Source of the DNA: Candidatus Dojkabacteria bacterium
Lineage (GTDB): Bacteria > Patescibacteriota > Dojkabacteria > SC72
NCBI GenBank assembly: GCA_035370405.1
Contig: DAOOVT010000001.1
Location: forward strand, 485 to 64,484
Direction: 5' to 3'
DNA: 64,000 nt
The position numbers were made by a program, and so were the translations under genes. This document shows positions 1 through 9,596 of this stretch, in pieces. The notes beneath the pieces were generated by a model that was not told where the DNA came from, made no database searches, and was given only the letters and a program-made list of their open reading frames with translations. Position 1 is the first letter of the stretch; each line of letters begins with the position of its first letter.

Positions 1-482
1 ATGTCGTCTCTTGAAACAAGAACTTCTGTAGCCATAGCAATAGCCAGAGCATCAGCAGCGTCATCTGGTCTTGGAAGTTCATCTAAACCATATAATAGTT
101 TTACATTCTCTTGAATTTGCATTTTATTTGCCTTTCCATATCCTGTTATTGAATTTTTGACTTGAAGAGGAGAGAACTCTTTAATTAGAACATTTGATTC
201 TTCCAATGCTAAGAGAATAACTCCCCTAGCCTCTCCCACAACAATACCTGTTTTAGCATTGTTACAAAAAAGTAGTGTCTCTATTCCTGCATATTCTGGT
301 TCATGAGTAGAAAGTATCTCTTTGGTATCATCGTATATTTCTTTTAATCTTCTATGTACTGACAATCCTTTTTCAGTAAAGATACAACCATAATCAATTA
401 TTTCAGGTTTTGAGTCACTGTCAAAGTCAACAACCGCCCATCCAGTTGTTGCTAGACCAGGATCTATTCCGAGGATTCTCAT
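1..482 (-). CDS. ruvC: Holliday junction resolvase RuvC (3' end runs off the window)
   Basis: Translated by hand (not in the ORF track): MRILGIDPGLATTGW...ETLLF...GEARGV...VKNSITGYGKANK...DDAADALAIA, all canonical RuvC motifs; next to yebC. Confidence 0.95.
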   Translation of the reverse strand, partial: MRILGIDPGLATTGWAVVDFDSDSKPEIIDYGCIFTEKGLSVHRRLKEIYDDTKEILSTHEPEYAGIETLLFCNNAKTGIVVGEARGVILLALEESNVLIKEFSPLQVKNSITGYGKANKMQIQENVKLLYGLDELPRPDDAADALAIAMATEVLVSRDD

Positions 483-486
483 ATAG

Positions 487-1266
487 TTATTCTATATCAC
501 TCCAAACATTTTGAACATCATCATGTTCTTCTATTCTGCTTAATGCTTCGTTTACTTTATTAAGTTGTTCCTCCGTAAGTTTCTTTGTTACTCTTGCTTC
601 TTTTACCAATTCGGCATCTTTTAGAACTAGACCCAATTCTATTATCTTGTCTCTCACAGCTCCAAAATTTTCATATTTTGTGTACACAATAAAACCTTTC
701 TTCCCATCTTCTTCTATATCCTCAATATCGAGTACACCATCTAAGTCCATTAATGACAACATTACACTTTCAGGATCTTCCTCTACATATACGTCAGGTT
801 CTCCATACTTGGGTGATTTTTCCATATGTCCAGAATATATTTGTATATATCCTTTTGTTTCAAAATTCCAAGAGACTGCTCCATTCTCAGCCATATTTCC
901 TCCTATCTCTTCAAATATTTTTCTAAGATCAGCAACCGTTCTATTTTTGTTATCTGTTAATGTATCAACCACTATTTGAATTCCAAAAGGTCCAAATCCT
1001 TCATATGTTGCTTCTTCATATATGACTTTTTCTTCTCCCTCTCCCGTCCCTTTTTGAATAGCCTTCTCTATTTTATCCGTTGGAAATCCAAGTTCTTTCG
1101 CTTTCGCTATATGTAGACGAAGTGTTGGATTCATTTCTGGATCCCCACCACCTTGTTTCGCAGCATGCGATATTAAAGCAGATACCTTAGAGAAGCTTTT
1201 TCCTTTTTTAGCATCATTAATCGCTTTTTTGTGTTTAATTGTGTCCCATTTTGAATGTCCTGACAT
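487..1266 (-). CDS. yebC: YebC/PmpR family protein
   Basis: MSGHSKWDTIKHKK start, YEGFGPFG, TDNKNRT and HDDVQNVW motifs. Start moved to the ATG at 1266. Confidence 0.95.
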   Translation of the reverse strand: MSGHSKWDTIKHKKAINDAKKGKSFSKVSALISHAAKQGGGDPEMNPTLRLHIAKAKELGFPTDKIEKAIQKGTGEGEEKVIYEEATYEGFGPFGIQIVVDTLTDNKNRTVADLRKIFEEIGGNMAENGAVSWNFETKGYIQIYSGHMEKSPKYGEPDVYVEEDPESVMLSLMDLDGVLDIEDIEEDGKKGFIVYTKYENFGAVRDKIIELGLVLKDAELVKEARVTKKLTEEQLNKVNEALSRIEEHDDVQNVWSDIE

Positions 1267-1297
1267 AGTTTTTCCTTCGACACATATTTTACCACAA

Positions 1298-3784
1298 TTA
1301 TTGATGAGTATCAGCAGAAACTTCTTTTGACACAACTTCTTCTACCTCTTCTTGCTTTTTTTGATTATTCAACGAAATACTTCTATTACCCTTTTCGCTA
1401 TAGCTTTGATTACTCCATTTTGAAATTTTAGCCTCTATTTCTTCTTTTGACCTTCCATACTTAGTTCTGGAGAAATTGACTATTTCATCTCTTAATCCAA
1501 ACCTTTCATATCTGATTGGAAGTGATTTTGCACTAAATGGTACAGATGTCATTCCATCTATACATAGTTTTATATACATAGAGTATGCATCTAAGGAAAC
1601 TAAATCTCCTGCCGTTACCATTGGAGCAAATTCCTTTTCTAATATTGCAGCATCCGATTGGCTTACTACAAAAGATCCTAATGTTCCAACATTTCCAAAT
1701 ATTGCCTGTCTAACTGTTAAAGGAAGTTGATCTATATATTGGTTTGTCATTGTTAAATTAAGTTTGTATTTTCTAGCTTCTGAAAGTATTTTTGCAAATG
1801 ATTCTGTCGCAAAATTTTGAAACTCATCAACATACAAGAAGAAATCCTCTCTTTCCTCCTCAGGAATATCTACTCTTTCCATAGCAGTAGCCTGCAATCT
1901 TGTGATAATCATACCACCAAGCAAAGAGGCTGTTTCTTCGCCCAATTTCCCTTGTGCCAAATTAACAAGTAGTATTTTCTTGTTATCCATTATTTCCCTT
2001 AAGTCTATCGTTGATTTAACCTGTCCAATAATATTTCTTGTTACTGCGGAGGCTATGAATCTTCCAACCTTATTTTGTATTGGAGATACAGCTTCTGATA
2101 GCAATTTTGAATTTTGTGCCATTTTTGAAAACTCATCTGTCCAGAATTTGTACAATATCGGGTCATGTACCTGTTTTAGTATAAATTTTCGGTAGTTATT
2201 GTCTGTCAGAATTCTAGTAACAGCGAGAAGGGTTGTTCCTTGCGCTTCTAGTGCAGTAGCTACAGCATTAGTTAAGATATACTGAAGTCTAGGACCCCAT
2301 GAGTCTCCAAATTGCTTTTTAAATACCTCTACCACACCATCAGCTATTAAGTCTCTTTGTGATTTATCCTTAAGCTCAAGTAGGTTAAATCCAATAGGAT
2401 ATTCAACATCTGTCGGATTAAAATATACAACATCTTCTACCCTGTTAGGAGGAATATATTGCAGTAAATCCTCAACTGTATCTCCATGAGGGTCAACAAA
2501 ACAAGCTCCATCACCCGACAATACATCTGATATGAACATATTTTTAAACAGTGTAGATTTTCCACTTCCTGTTTTACCAAGAAGATAGAAATGCCTCTGT
2601 CTATCCTTTCTTTTCAGACCAAACTGGACTTTGACATCTCTATAGTCTGTTTCTCCAAATATTGTTACCCCATCATCTGTAGCTTTAGGCAAATTCATTG
2701 GAGGTTCCAATTTTCTTGCTCTACTCCAAGCTATATTTGGTGTTTCTACCGAAATATTTGGTAAATGATATACAGATGCTAATTCCTCAATATTCAAAAT
2801 GTCCTGTCCATCTTCCATATGCCTGCGAATATATTCATCATATATTTCTTTTCCAGATTTTGTTGGAGTAGCATGAATGAAATTATTAAGATGTGCTGTT
2901 GTGAACTGCTTAAAACTTGCAACTACATCACGTAAAATTTGCTCAGATCTAAATTGATCTTGTGCCTTCGATATTACCCTTATCTTAAATTCAAAACCAA
3001 CTTTTAGTGTCTTGTTCTCAATTTCACTTAATTCTTCTTCTTGCCCTGGAGCAAGCTTAACAACTTCTTTCTGAGGTTTCCCATCATCCGTTGTTGTTAA
3101 AGCCTTCCCTACTCCTCCAATTATCTTCCCTATTACTGCCCCGAAGGAATCTCCATTTGGATTCTTTCCTTCTTTTATCGCAGTGATATATTCCTTAGAT
3201 TTGGCCTGCCAATAGTTTGATACAGGCCTTATGATTATTTGAAGCCAAATTCCCTCTCCAATGTTTAATTTGGACATAGCACCAGTTATTGCAGCCAAAG
3301 GATCAACTTCAAAATTTCTAAAGGTTTTAATTGGAAAAATAGAATCTTTTTCCATTTCAATTTCACCTGCAGTAACAAAATTACCATTATCTCCAGTACT
3401 CTCCTTCGTATAGTCAGTAACAAGTTGAATATCTGCGTTAGGATATTGTGCATACACTTGCCCCTCTATAAACTTGGCAAGATGATTAGGAGCAACTATG
3501 TAAAATTTAATTCCTCCATCACTAACTGAGGCAATTTCTAGACTCACAAGATCTGTACATTTCTTATTTCCTTCTAAAATACCATGTATAGATGCAAACA
3601 TTTGTTCTGCCGCTAAAGCTGATTTATCATTTTCTCTAGGAACTAATATCTGCATAACACATGGATTTCTCAAATCTTCATAAATTTCAGCTTTTTCGAC
3701 GGTACTTCCTGCCCAAACCTTTAGAAAGGCTACAAAGAGAAGTGACATTACAAACAATATCAATATTACAATCAACATATGCAA
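1298..3784 (-). CDS. Membrane-anchored VirB4/VirD4/HerA-like ATPase (CPR-type)
   Basis: N-terminal TM helix, Walker A GKTGSGKS, DPHGD, Walker B LYVDEFQNF, and LSEARKY. Confidence 0.85.
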   Translation of the reverse strand: MHMLIVILILFVMSLLFVAFLKVWAGSTVEKAEIYEDLRNPCVMQILVPRENDKSALAAEQMFASIHGILEGNKKCTDLVSLEIASVSDGGIKFYIVAPNHLAKFIEGQVYAQYPNADIQLVTDYTKESTGDNGNFVTAGEIEMEKDSIFPIKTFRNFEVDPLAAITGAMSKLNIGEGIWLQIIIRPVSNYWQAKSKEYITAIKEGKNPNGDSFGAVIGKIIGGVGKALTTTDDGKPQKEVVKLAPGQEEELSEIENKTLKVGFEFKIRVISKAQDQFRSEQILRDVVASFKQFTTAHLNNFIHATPTKSGKEIYDEYIRRHMEDGQDILNIEELASVYHLPNISVETPNIAWSRARKLEPPMNLPKATDDGVTIFGETDYRDVKVQFGLKRKDRQRHFYLLGKTGSGKSTLFKNMFISDVLSGDGACFVDPHGDTVEDLLQYIPPNRVEDVVYFNPTDVEYPIGFNLLELKDKSQRDLIADGVVEVFKKQFGDSWGPRLQYILTNAVATALEAQGTTLLAVTRILTDNNYRKFILKQVHDPILYKFWTDEFSKMAQNSKLLSEAVSPIQNKVGRFIASAVTRNIIGQVKSTIDLREIMDNKKILLVNLAQGKLGEETASLLGGMIITRLQATAMERVDIPEEEREDFFLYVDEFQNFATESFAKILSEARKYKLNLTMTNQYIDQLPLTVRQAIFGNVGTLGSFVVSQSDAAILEKEFAPMVTAGDLVSLDAYSMYIKLCIDGMTSVPFSAKSLPIRYERFGLRDEIVNFSRTKYGRSKEEIEAKISKWSNQSYSEKGNRSISLNNQKKQEEVEEVVSKEVSADTHQ

Positions 3785-3819
3785 AGATTCTAAATTAAAA
3801 CAAATATGTTAGCAACACT

Positions 3820-5055
3820 CTAGAAACTATACAAAAACTTAATATCTTTACCTAGAATAATAACGATGTCACCAGTAGTCATAAATGATGGTCTTCCTTC
3901 AATAACTTCAAATCTTCCAGACAATATTTCAGATATTAAATTAAAAGAATTTTTGTAACCATTCATATTTGGCACATATATAGTAGTTTTCTCAATAGTT
4001 GATGGACTATTTCCATACCTAACAACATCGCCACCAGAATTAACTATTTTTCGACCAAGTTGGTATGCTATCCCATCAATTTCACTTCCATTGTATACCT
4101 CAATTCTTGCTCTCTCTTTCTCCACTGATGAATCTGCTGTATTTGAATAATGCTCTCTAAAAATCTCATCGTATCTTTGTGTGTTCAGCACTTTTATTTT
4201 TCCTCCACTTATAGAATCCTCTTCATCACAATATTTGGAATTACTTAAATCGATAATAAATATATCATTACTTCTTATTGCTCCATTTATATCTTTTAGT
4301 TCATTCAAAACATTTGTTAGAGATTTATTTGAGTATATTTTTCCATCTAATTTACCTATAGAGGAAGACTTTAATATGCTATCTAAAAGATTTATCCTTG
4401 ACGACAAAGAATTAAGAACTAACAACTCATCACTGTACTCCGTATCCCCAGAAGTGTAGATATTCTTCAAAGAACCATCTATATCATACATATTCCCATA
4501 GATACCGTTTAGGATATCAACCCCTTCAGATGTTATCCATATGTATTCATTGAACTTTGTCCCAAGAAGCTGAGCTAATTGCCACAAAGCATATTCGACT
4601 CCTCTGCCCTGCTGTAGATAATCCCCTGCATATCTTAATGATGACACAGGAATTTTATTCCCAAATTCCTCCTCTAGTCCATTAAAGTACAAACCTCCTG
4701 GTATATATATAATTAGTCCGCTCTTCTTTTTGTTATTTTTGATGTACAAATACACATCAGCTATCTTCCTCTCATTTTCATAACCATTTTCTATTAGAAT
4801 TAAAGTCTTTTCTTGCTCATTACTTTGTCTTCCTAGTATATAGCCCTCTGATGAATTTATTTGTGTATAGTCAATCGTTTTTGCAGAGGAAATATTAACT
4901 AACGCATATACTGTAAATGAAATAACAAGTATACAAAAGAGAAAAAACACAATTTTAGGTAGATATTTTAAATTAATCTTTTTCGGAGATTTCTTCTCAT
5001 ATCTTTTTTTATACTTTTTTTTGTAGTTTTCTCTTTTTTTTATACCTCGATTCAT
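3820..5055 (-). CDS. LytR/CpsA/Psr-like protein with LytR C-terminal domain
   Basis: Basic N-terminus plus TM helix; C-terminal IEVYNGSEIDGIA and DIVIILGKD fit LytR_C. Confidence 0.7.
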   Translation of the reverse strand: MNRGIKKRENYKKKYKKRYEKKSPKKINLKYLPKIVFFLFCILVISFTVYALVNISSAKTIDYTQINSSEGYILGRQSNEQEKTLILIENGYENERKIADVYLYIKNNKKKSGLIIYIPGGLYFNGLEEEFGNKIPVSSLRYAGDYLQQGRGVEYALWQLAQLLGTKFNEYIWITSEGVDILNGIYGNMYDIDGSLKNIYTSGDTEYSDELLVLNSLSSRINLLDSILKSSSIGKLDGKIYSNKSLTNVLNELKDINGAIRSNDIFIIDLSNSKYCDEEDSISGGKIKVLNTQRYDEIFREHYSNTADSSVEKERARIEVYNGSEIDGIAYQLGRKIVNSGGDVVRYGNSPSTIEKTTIYVPNMNGYKNSFNLISEILSGRFEVIEGRPSFMTTGDIVIILGKDIKFLYSF

Positions 5056-6030
5056 CTAAATAAGAGATATAGTTAAAATATTTCCATCTAAATTCTTTAT
5101 TGAGAGCAGAATAGAAGTCAAGCATATTTTTTCAGGAATTCCACCCTTCCCTGTTTTTGTACTATATAATGTATCACCTTTTATATTTACTCCAAAGTAT
5201 TCTAAGACCGCTCTTATTTGATGCATCCTTCCTGTCTCTATTTTAATAATAAGCTCATTTTCAGAGATAGGTTTAATATATGTTAAAGAATATTTTGCTC
5301 CATTTCTAAAATATTTTGTGAACTTCATTTTCATTCTATTAGTTTCACTTCTTTTTATGTATCCCTCTACTTTTAACCATTGATCATCACATATAAATTT
5401 GTTCTTTTTCAGTTTACCAATTTCACTTTTTAAATTAAGATTATTCTTAGGAATATATTGGAGGAGTTGAGAATTATCCCTCTGATTATATTCTATCTGT
5501 GCATAATACACCTTCTGCACTAAATGATTTTCAAATTGATTTTGGAAATATCTTTGTGCTTTTTCATTCTTTGCAAACAGGATTAATCCAGAAACACCTT
5601 TATCAAGCCTGTGAATCACTCCACCTCTTTTAACTTTTGAATCAAATTCACCTTTTGCTTCCAGATATCCTTTTACATAGTTAGCCAATGTGTTTTGCTT
5701 ATTTCCAGAACCAGGATGTACAACTATCCCACTCTCTTTATTAATTACAAGACAATTTTCATCTTCATATATTATATCTAAATCCTTTTTCTGAGCTATC
5801 AGAGATTCTTCATTTGTTAAATTACTAACCAATCTTTTTAAATTTTCATAATCTATACTATATGTATCACCCTTCTTAAATTTGTATGATGGTTTTACTT
5901 CTCTATCATTCACTTTAAAAAATTTCACAAGATTTTCTGCGATAAAAGTCCTACTAAGAGCATTTTTTTCTAATTTCTCTTTTACGAAAACATCTGCTCT
6001 TTTTCCAATATTCTCATCGGTTATTTTCAT
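5056..6030 (-). CDS. RluA/RluD family pseudouridine synthase
   Basis: S4-like N-terminus, INKESGIVVHP, catalytic HRLDKGVSG and TGRMHQIR. Confidence 0.92.
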   Translation of the reverse strand: MKITDENIGKRADVFVKEKLEKNALSRTFIAENLVKFFKVNDREVKPSYKFKKGDTYSIDYENLKRLVSNLTNEESLIAQKKDLDIIYEDENCLVINKESGIVVHPGSGNKQNTLANYVKGYLEAKGEFDSKVKRGGVIHRLDKGVSGLILFAKNEKAQRYFQNQFENHLVQKVYYAQIEYNQRDNSQLLQYIPKNNLNLKSEIGKLKKNKFICDDQWLKVEGYIKRSETNRMKMKFTKYFRNGAKYSLTYIKPISENELIIKIETGRMHQIRAVLEYFGVNIKGDTLYSTKTGKGGIPEKICLTSILLSIKNLDGNILTISLI

Positions 6031-6869
6031 TTCTCTCTGGGTAATTTTATTGGCTTTCTAATATCATCTACAGAGACGTTTCTGACTGATGATAGCTTCT
6101 CTATTGTCACAGTCGCTTTTCTAGTATCAGCTATGTGGAAGAAAAGTCCCAAAAGAGACCAAGTAACAAAGGCTCCTAATCCTATTTTTTCTACATTCAA
6201 CATTTGTGAATTCATATATACTGTAATAATCACTGCTGTTGATATAACAACAAAAATAGAATCTAAGCAGACAAGTGCTTTCATTTCACCTAAACCTATG
6301 ATTGATTTGATTAAAATTGCCTTTACAATCCAAAAGACAAGAATTAGCACTATCATTATTAATCCTTGGGCAACCCATGTGTTATTTCCAGTTATTTTCC
6401 CTATTGAAAAAAAGGAGAACGCAAGAACTGTGAACGAAGATAGGTATATCGCAGGGAACAGATGACTCCATTTCCATTTTTTAACACGCAGAACCCACCA
6501 TGTACATACTAGACAAAATCCTAGAAGTAAAAACAGTATGTCTATCCCTAAATCCCATATTCTAAAAAATCTCCAAGGAAGAAGACGGAAGAGAAAGATT
6601 TCATTTCCATATCTCTCATATGGAAGCCAATACCAAATATATTTAGAGAACTCTCCCCAATTTCCAATAATGTAGAAGGCTCTTCCGAGTATTATTCCAG
6701 ATATAACTGAGATAAAAAAGGCGTCAAATACAGAAGAATTATTTTTTCTCGTTCTAGAACATTCCTTCCAAAATACATAAAGACATATGAATACTGTTAA
6801 AACAAAAAATGCAAGAGGACTCCAATTAGGAACAAATGATGCTATTTTTTGAGATATTTGCTCAAACAC
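6027..6869 (-). CDS. Divergent prolipoprotein diacylglyceryl transferase (Lgt)-like membrane protein
   Basis: Multi-TM protein; GIILGRAFYI and RIWDLG resemble the Lgt N-terminal half, but the C-terminal HPxQLYE motif is not seen. Confidence 0.5.
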   Translation of the reverse strand: MFEQISQKIASFVPNWSPLAFFVLTVFICLYVFWKECSRTRKNNSSVFDAFFISVISGIILGRAFYIIGNWGEFSKYIWYWLPYERYGNEIFLFRLLPWRFFRIWDLGIDILFLLLGFCLVCTWWVLRVKKWKWSHLFPAIYLSSFTVLAFSFFSIGKITGNNTWVAQGLIMIVLILVFWIVKAILIKSIIGLGEMKALVCLDSIFVVISTAVIITVYMNSQMLNVEKIGLGAFVTWSLLGLFFHIADTRKATVTIEKLSSVRNVSVDDIRKPIKLPREK

Positions 6870-6926
6870 GACTGCACAAAAACATTAGTTTAGTACAGTA
6901 ATAATACCATAATAAATTGATAAACA

Positions 6927-7673
6927 TTACCTATTTTTCTTCTTTTTTCTTTTCTTACGCTTTTTCTCTTTACTTGAAGGAACATTCACCGTATTTACTT
7001 CTGTATTTACTCCTACATTTTTTTCATCTTTATTTTTACTGACAAGGAAAATCGATCCTATTTTCGATGCAAATTCATTAAACTTTTCAGCTATTCCAAC
7101 TTCAGTTGCATATCTAATTCTTTTTGACTTAACAGCCTCTTGGACCTCCTCCTTTGATGTTTCAATTTGCTCTTTCATAACTTCCATTGTTGGAACAAGA
7201 TCAGGAGCAAATTCTGCATCATCTGCAATCGTACTTCCACAATTAGGACAATATGTGTTTCCTCTATCAACATATATTCCACAATGTGAACATTTCACTT
7301 TAAGCTCATACCTACAATTTGGACAATATATATACCCAGGAGCAAGTTGTGCCCCACACTGTGGACAATCTCCAAGTTCAGCAGTCTCATATTTAAGATA
7401 TCTTCTTTCTAAATCACCCCAATATATTTCTTCTATTGTACGACTTGGCCTTATGAGTAGATATATTATCAATCCAATTATATTTAATATTCCAACCAAC
7501 AACACATAACATATTTTTACAAATGTACTAGAAGACCTTTCGGAAGCATCAAACCAAACCCAATACAGTACGACAATCCAAAAAATCACCAGAATAATAC
7601 CAAGAAATTTTATAGCCGAATCAAAATTTATCTCTCCTATCGTATCAAAGAAATCTAGTATGAAATCCTCCAT
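6927..7673 (-). CDS. Membrane protein with double zinc ribbon
   Basis: Two TM helices, then four CxxC pairs (CPQC, CPNC, CSHC, CPNC) and a Lys-rich tail. Start moved to 7673 because the longer ORF overlaps tRNA-Leu. Confidence 0.75.
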   Translation of the reverse strand: MEDFILDFFDTIGEINFDSAIKFLGIILVIFWIVVLYWVWFDASERSSSTFVKICYVLLVGILNIIGLIIYLLIRPSRTIEEIYWGDLERRYLKYETAELGDCPQCGAQLAPGYIYCPNCRYELKVKCSHCGIYVDRGNTYCPNCGSTIADDAEFAPDLVPTMEVMKEQIETSKEEVQEAVKSKRIRYATEVGIAEKFNEFASKIGSIFLVSKNKDEKNVGVNTEVNTVNVPSSKEKKRKKRKKKKNR

Positions 7674-7697
7674 TTTTATACTTCTCGAATTAAAATA

Positions 7698-7783
7698 TGG
7701 TCGAGGAGGGAATCGAACCCTCATGCTATTTTATTAGCACGGGATTTTGAGTCCCGCGTGTCTGCCAATTCCACCACTCGACC
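7698..7783 (-). tRNA. tRNA-Leu(CAA)
   Basis: GGTCGAG/CTCGACC acceptor stem, GGGA-CT-CAA-AA-TCCC anticodon arm, long variable arm, GGTTCGATTCC T arm; CCA not encoded. Confidence 0.95.
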
Positions 7784-7903
7784 ATCAGCTGATTATACAT
7801 CTGATATACATATTTTCTCAACACATACAAAATATTTATATCTCCCAAATACCAAATCGTGATAGACTACTATATACGAGTTGATTTAATAATAGGAAAA
7901 AAA

Positions 7904-8434
7904 ATGACAAAATACATATTGATATTCCTTCTGTTTTCATTCTTAGGATGGATAGTCGATACTACATATTCCTCACTCTTAAAAGGACAATACAAACCTT
8001 CTGGATATTATGAAAATATTCCGATCTGCCCAATATATGGCATTGGAGGAATTATTATCTTAAGTATTTTTTCTATTTTACAATCATATCCTCCGCAAAT
8101 AACTATCATCACTACTACTTTTGCAATCATAATGCTTGAGTATTTTGGTGGGATTTTTTGTACTGTATTTTTGAAGGAAAAGCTATGGGATTATTCATCC
8201 TCCAAATTTAACATAGGAGGACACATAGATCTTCTTCATTCTTTTTTCTGGCTTGTACTCATTACAATCGTCTATATGATTATAGATCCAATACTTCCAA
8301 ACATTACAACATATTTGAATACTGTAAACAATTCATTAGGGAAATTCGATTTCTACATAACAGTGGTCTTCTTATCTACTGTTATCATAATGACTATAAA
8401 CACGAGAGAAAAAAGATCCTTATCTATTCGCTAA
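7904..8434 (+). CDS. Putative ABC transporter permease-like membrane protein (DUF1113/CmpB-like)
   Basis: FSFLGW, PICPIYGIG, LEYFGG and LWDYSSSKFNIGGHI motifs. Confidence 0.75.
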   Translation: MTKYILIFLLFSFLGWIVDTTYSSLLKGQYKPSGYYENIPICPIYGIGGIIILSIFSILQSYPPQITIITTTFAIIMLEYFGGIFCTVFLKEKLWDYSSSKFNIGGHIDLLHSFFWLVLITIVYMIIDPILPNITTYLNTVNNSLGKFDFYITVVFLSTVIIMTINTREKRSLSIR

Positions 8435-9526
8435 AATAACCATATAGTCACCATCTTGTACAATGTAATCTTTGCCGACACTTTTAATAAGACCTTTCTC
8501 TTTAGCTCCATTCCACCCTCCATTTTCAATAAGGACATCAACATTTACAACCTCTGCACTAATAAATCCATGCTCAAAATCAGTATGAATAACACCTGCA
8601 GCCTCCTTCGCAGTTGCTCCACTTTCTATACTCCAAGCATTACATTCTTTTGATGAGCCTGTATAAAAAGTTATTAAATTCAGAGTCTGATACATGTTAG
8701 ATATGATATCTTCCGCAGTTGCAGAATTTCCACTTAAAAGTTCTTGATACTCCTCCTTCTCTTCCTCATTCAAATTACTCATTTCATCTAAAATCTTAGC
8801 ATCAACTACTAATACCGTATCTCCAGTCTTTTGGATTAACTCTCCCTTCCATTCTTCAATTTTCTCAATATCCGAACCATCCTTACAATTTAATATAAAG
8901 AACCTTTTCTTCCCAGTAAGTAGGTGGAGATCATACAAAATATCATTTTCTTCTGCTGTCAAGTTCATATCAACAACTGGTATCCCTTTATTTAAGTTTT
9001 CTAATACCTTACTTAGTAAATCAACCTCTTTTTGAGCATTACTCTCCCCTATTCTCGCTAATTTCTCTACAATATCAAATCTCTTGCTTACACCCTCGAT
9101 ATCCTTGAGAATTAATTCGGACTGCACTATATCAAAATCATCTAAGGGAGAAATTCTTTCATACACATGTACAATACTTTTACTCTCAAAAGCCCTTAGT
9201 ATATACATGATCACATCCACCTCTCGAATATGTGCAAGAAATTGATTCCCAAGCCCTTCACCCCTAGAAGCACCTTTTACCAGTCCTGCAATATCAACAA
9301 AAGTCATGGCTGAAGGAACTACCTTTTGTGCATTAAAAAATTCTGCCATTTTTTTCAACCTATCATCAGGAATCTCTACCACTCCTACATTTTTATCTAT
9401 AGTACAAAAAGGAAAATTTTCAGCAGGAACTGACAACTTTGTTAATGCATTAAATATTGTCGATTTTCCAACATTAGGTAAACCTACAATACCAGAAGAA
9501 AAATTGTGAGATCTTTTTACCGCCAT
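8420..9526 (-). CDS. ychF: Redox-regulated ATPase YchF
   Basis: GIVGLPNVGKST, NFPFCTI, DIAGLVKGASRGEGLGNQFL and AGVIHTDF. Confidence 0.97.
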   Translation of the reverse strand: MAVKRSHNFSSGIVGLPNVGKSTIFNALTKLSVPAENFPFCTIDKNVGVVEIPDDRLKKMAEFFNAQKVVPSAMTFVDIAGLVKGASRGEGLGNQFLAHIREVDVIMYILRAFESKSIVHVYERISPLDDFDIVQSELILKDIEGVSKRFDIVEKLARIGESNAQKEVDLLSKVLENLNKGIPVVDMNLTAEENDILYDLHLLTGKKRFFILNCKDGSDIEKIEEWKGELIQKTGDTVLVVDAKILDEMSNLNEEEKEEYQELLSGNSATAEDIISNMYQTLNLITFYTGSSKECNAWSIESGATAKEAAGVIHTDFEHGFISAEVVNVDVLIENGGWNGAKEKGLIKSVGKDYIVQDGDYMVILANR

Positions 9527-9596
9527 AACTCGTTGATTATATAATAAATATAAAGATTATGATAATAAGAATAAAACATGGTATTATGATTAAGCT

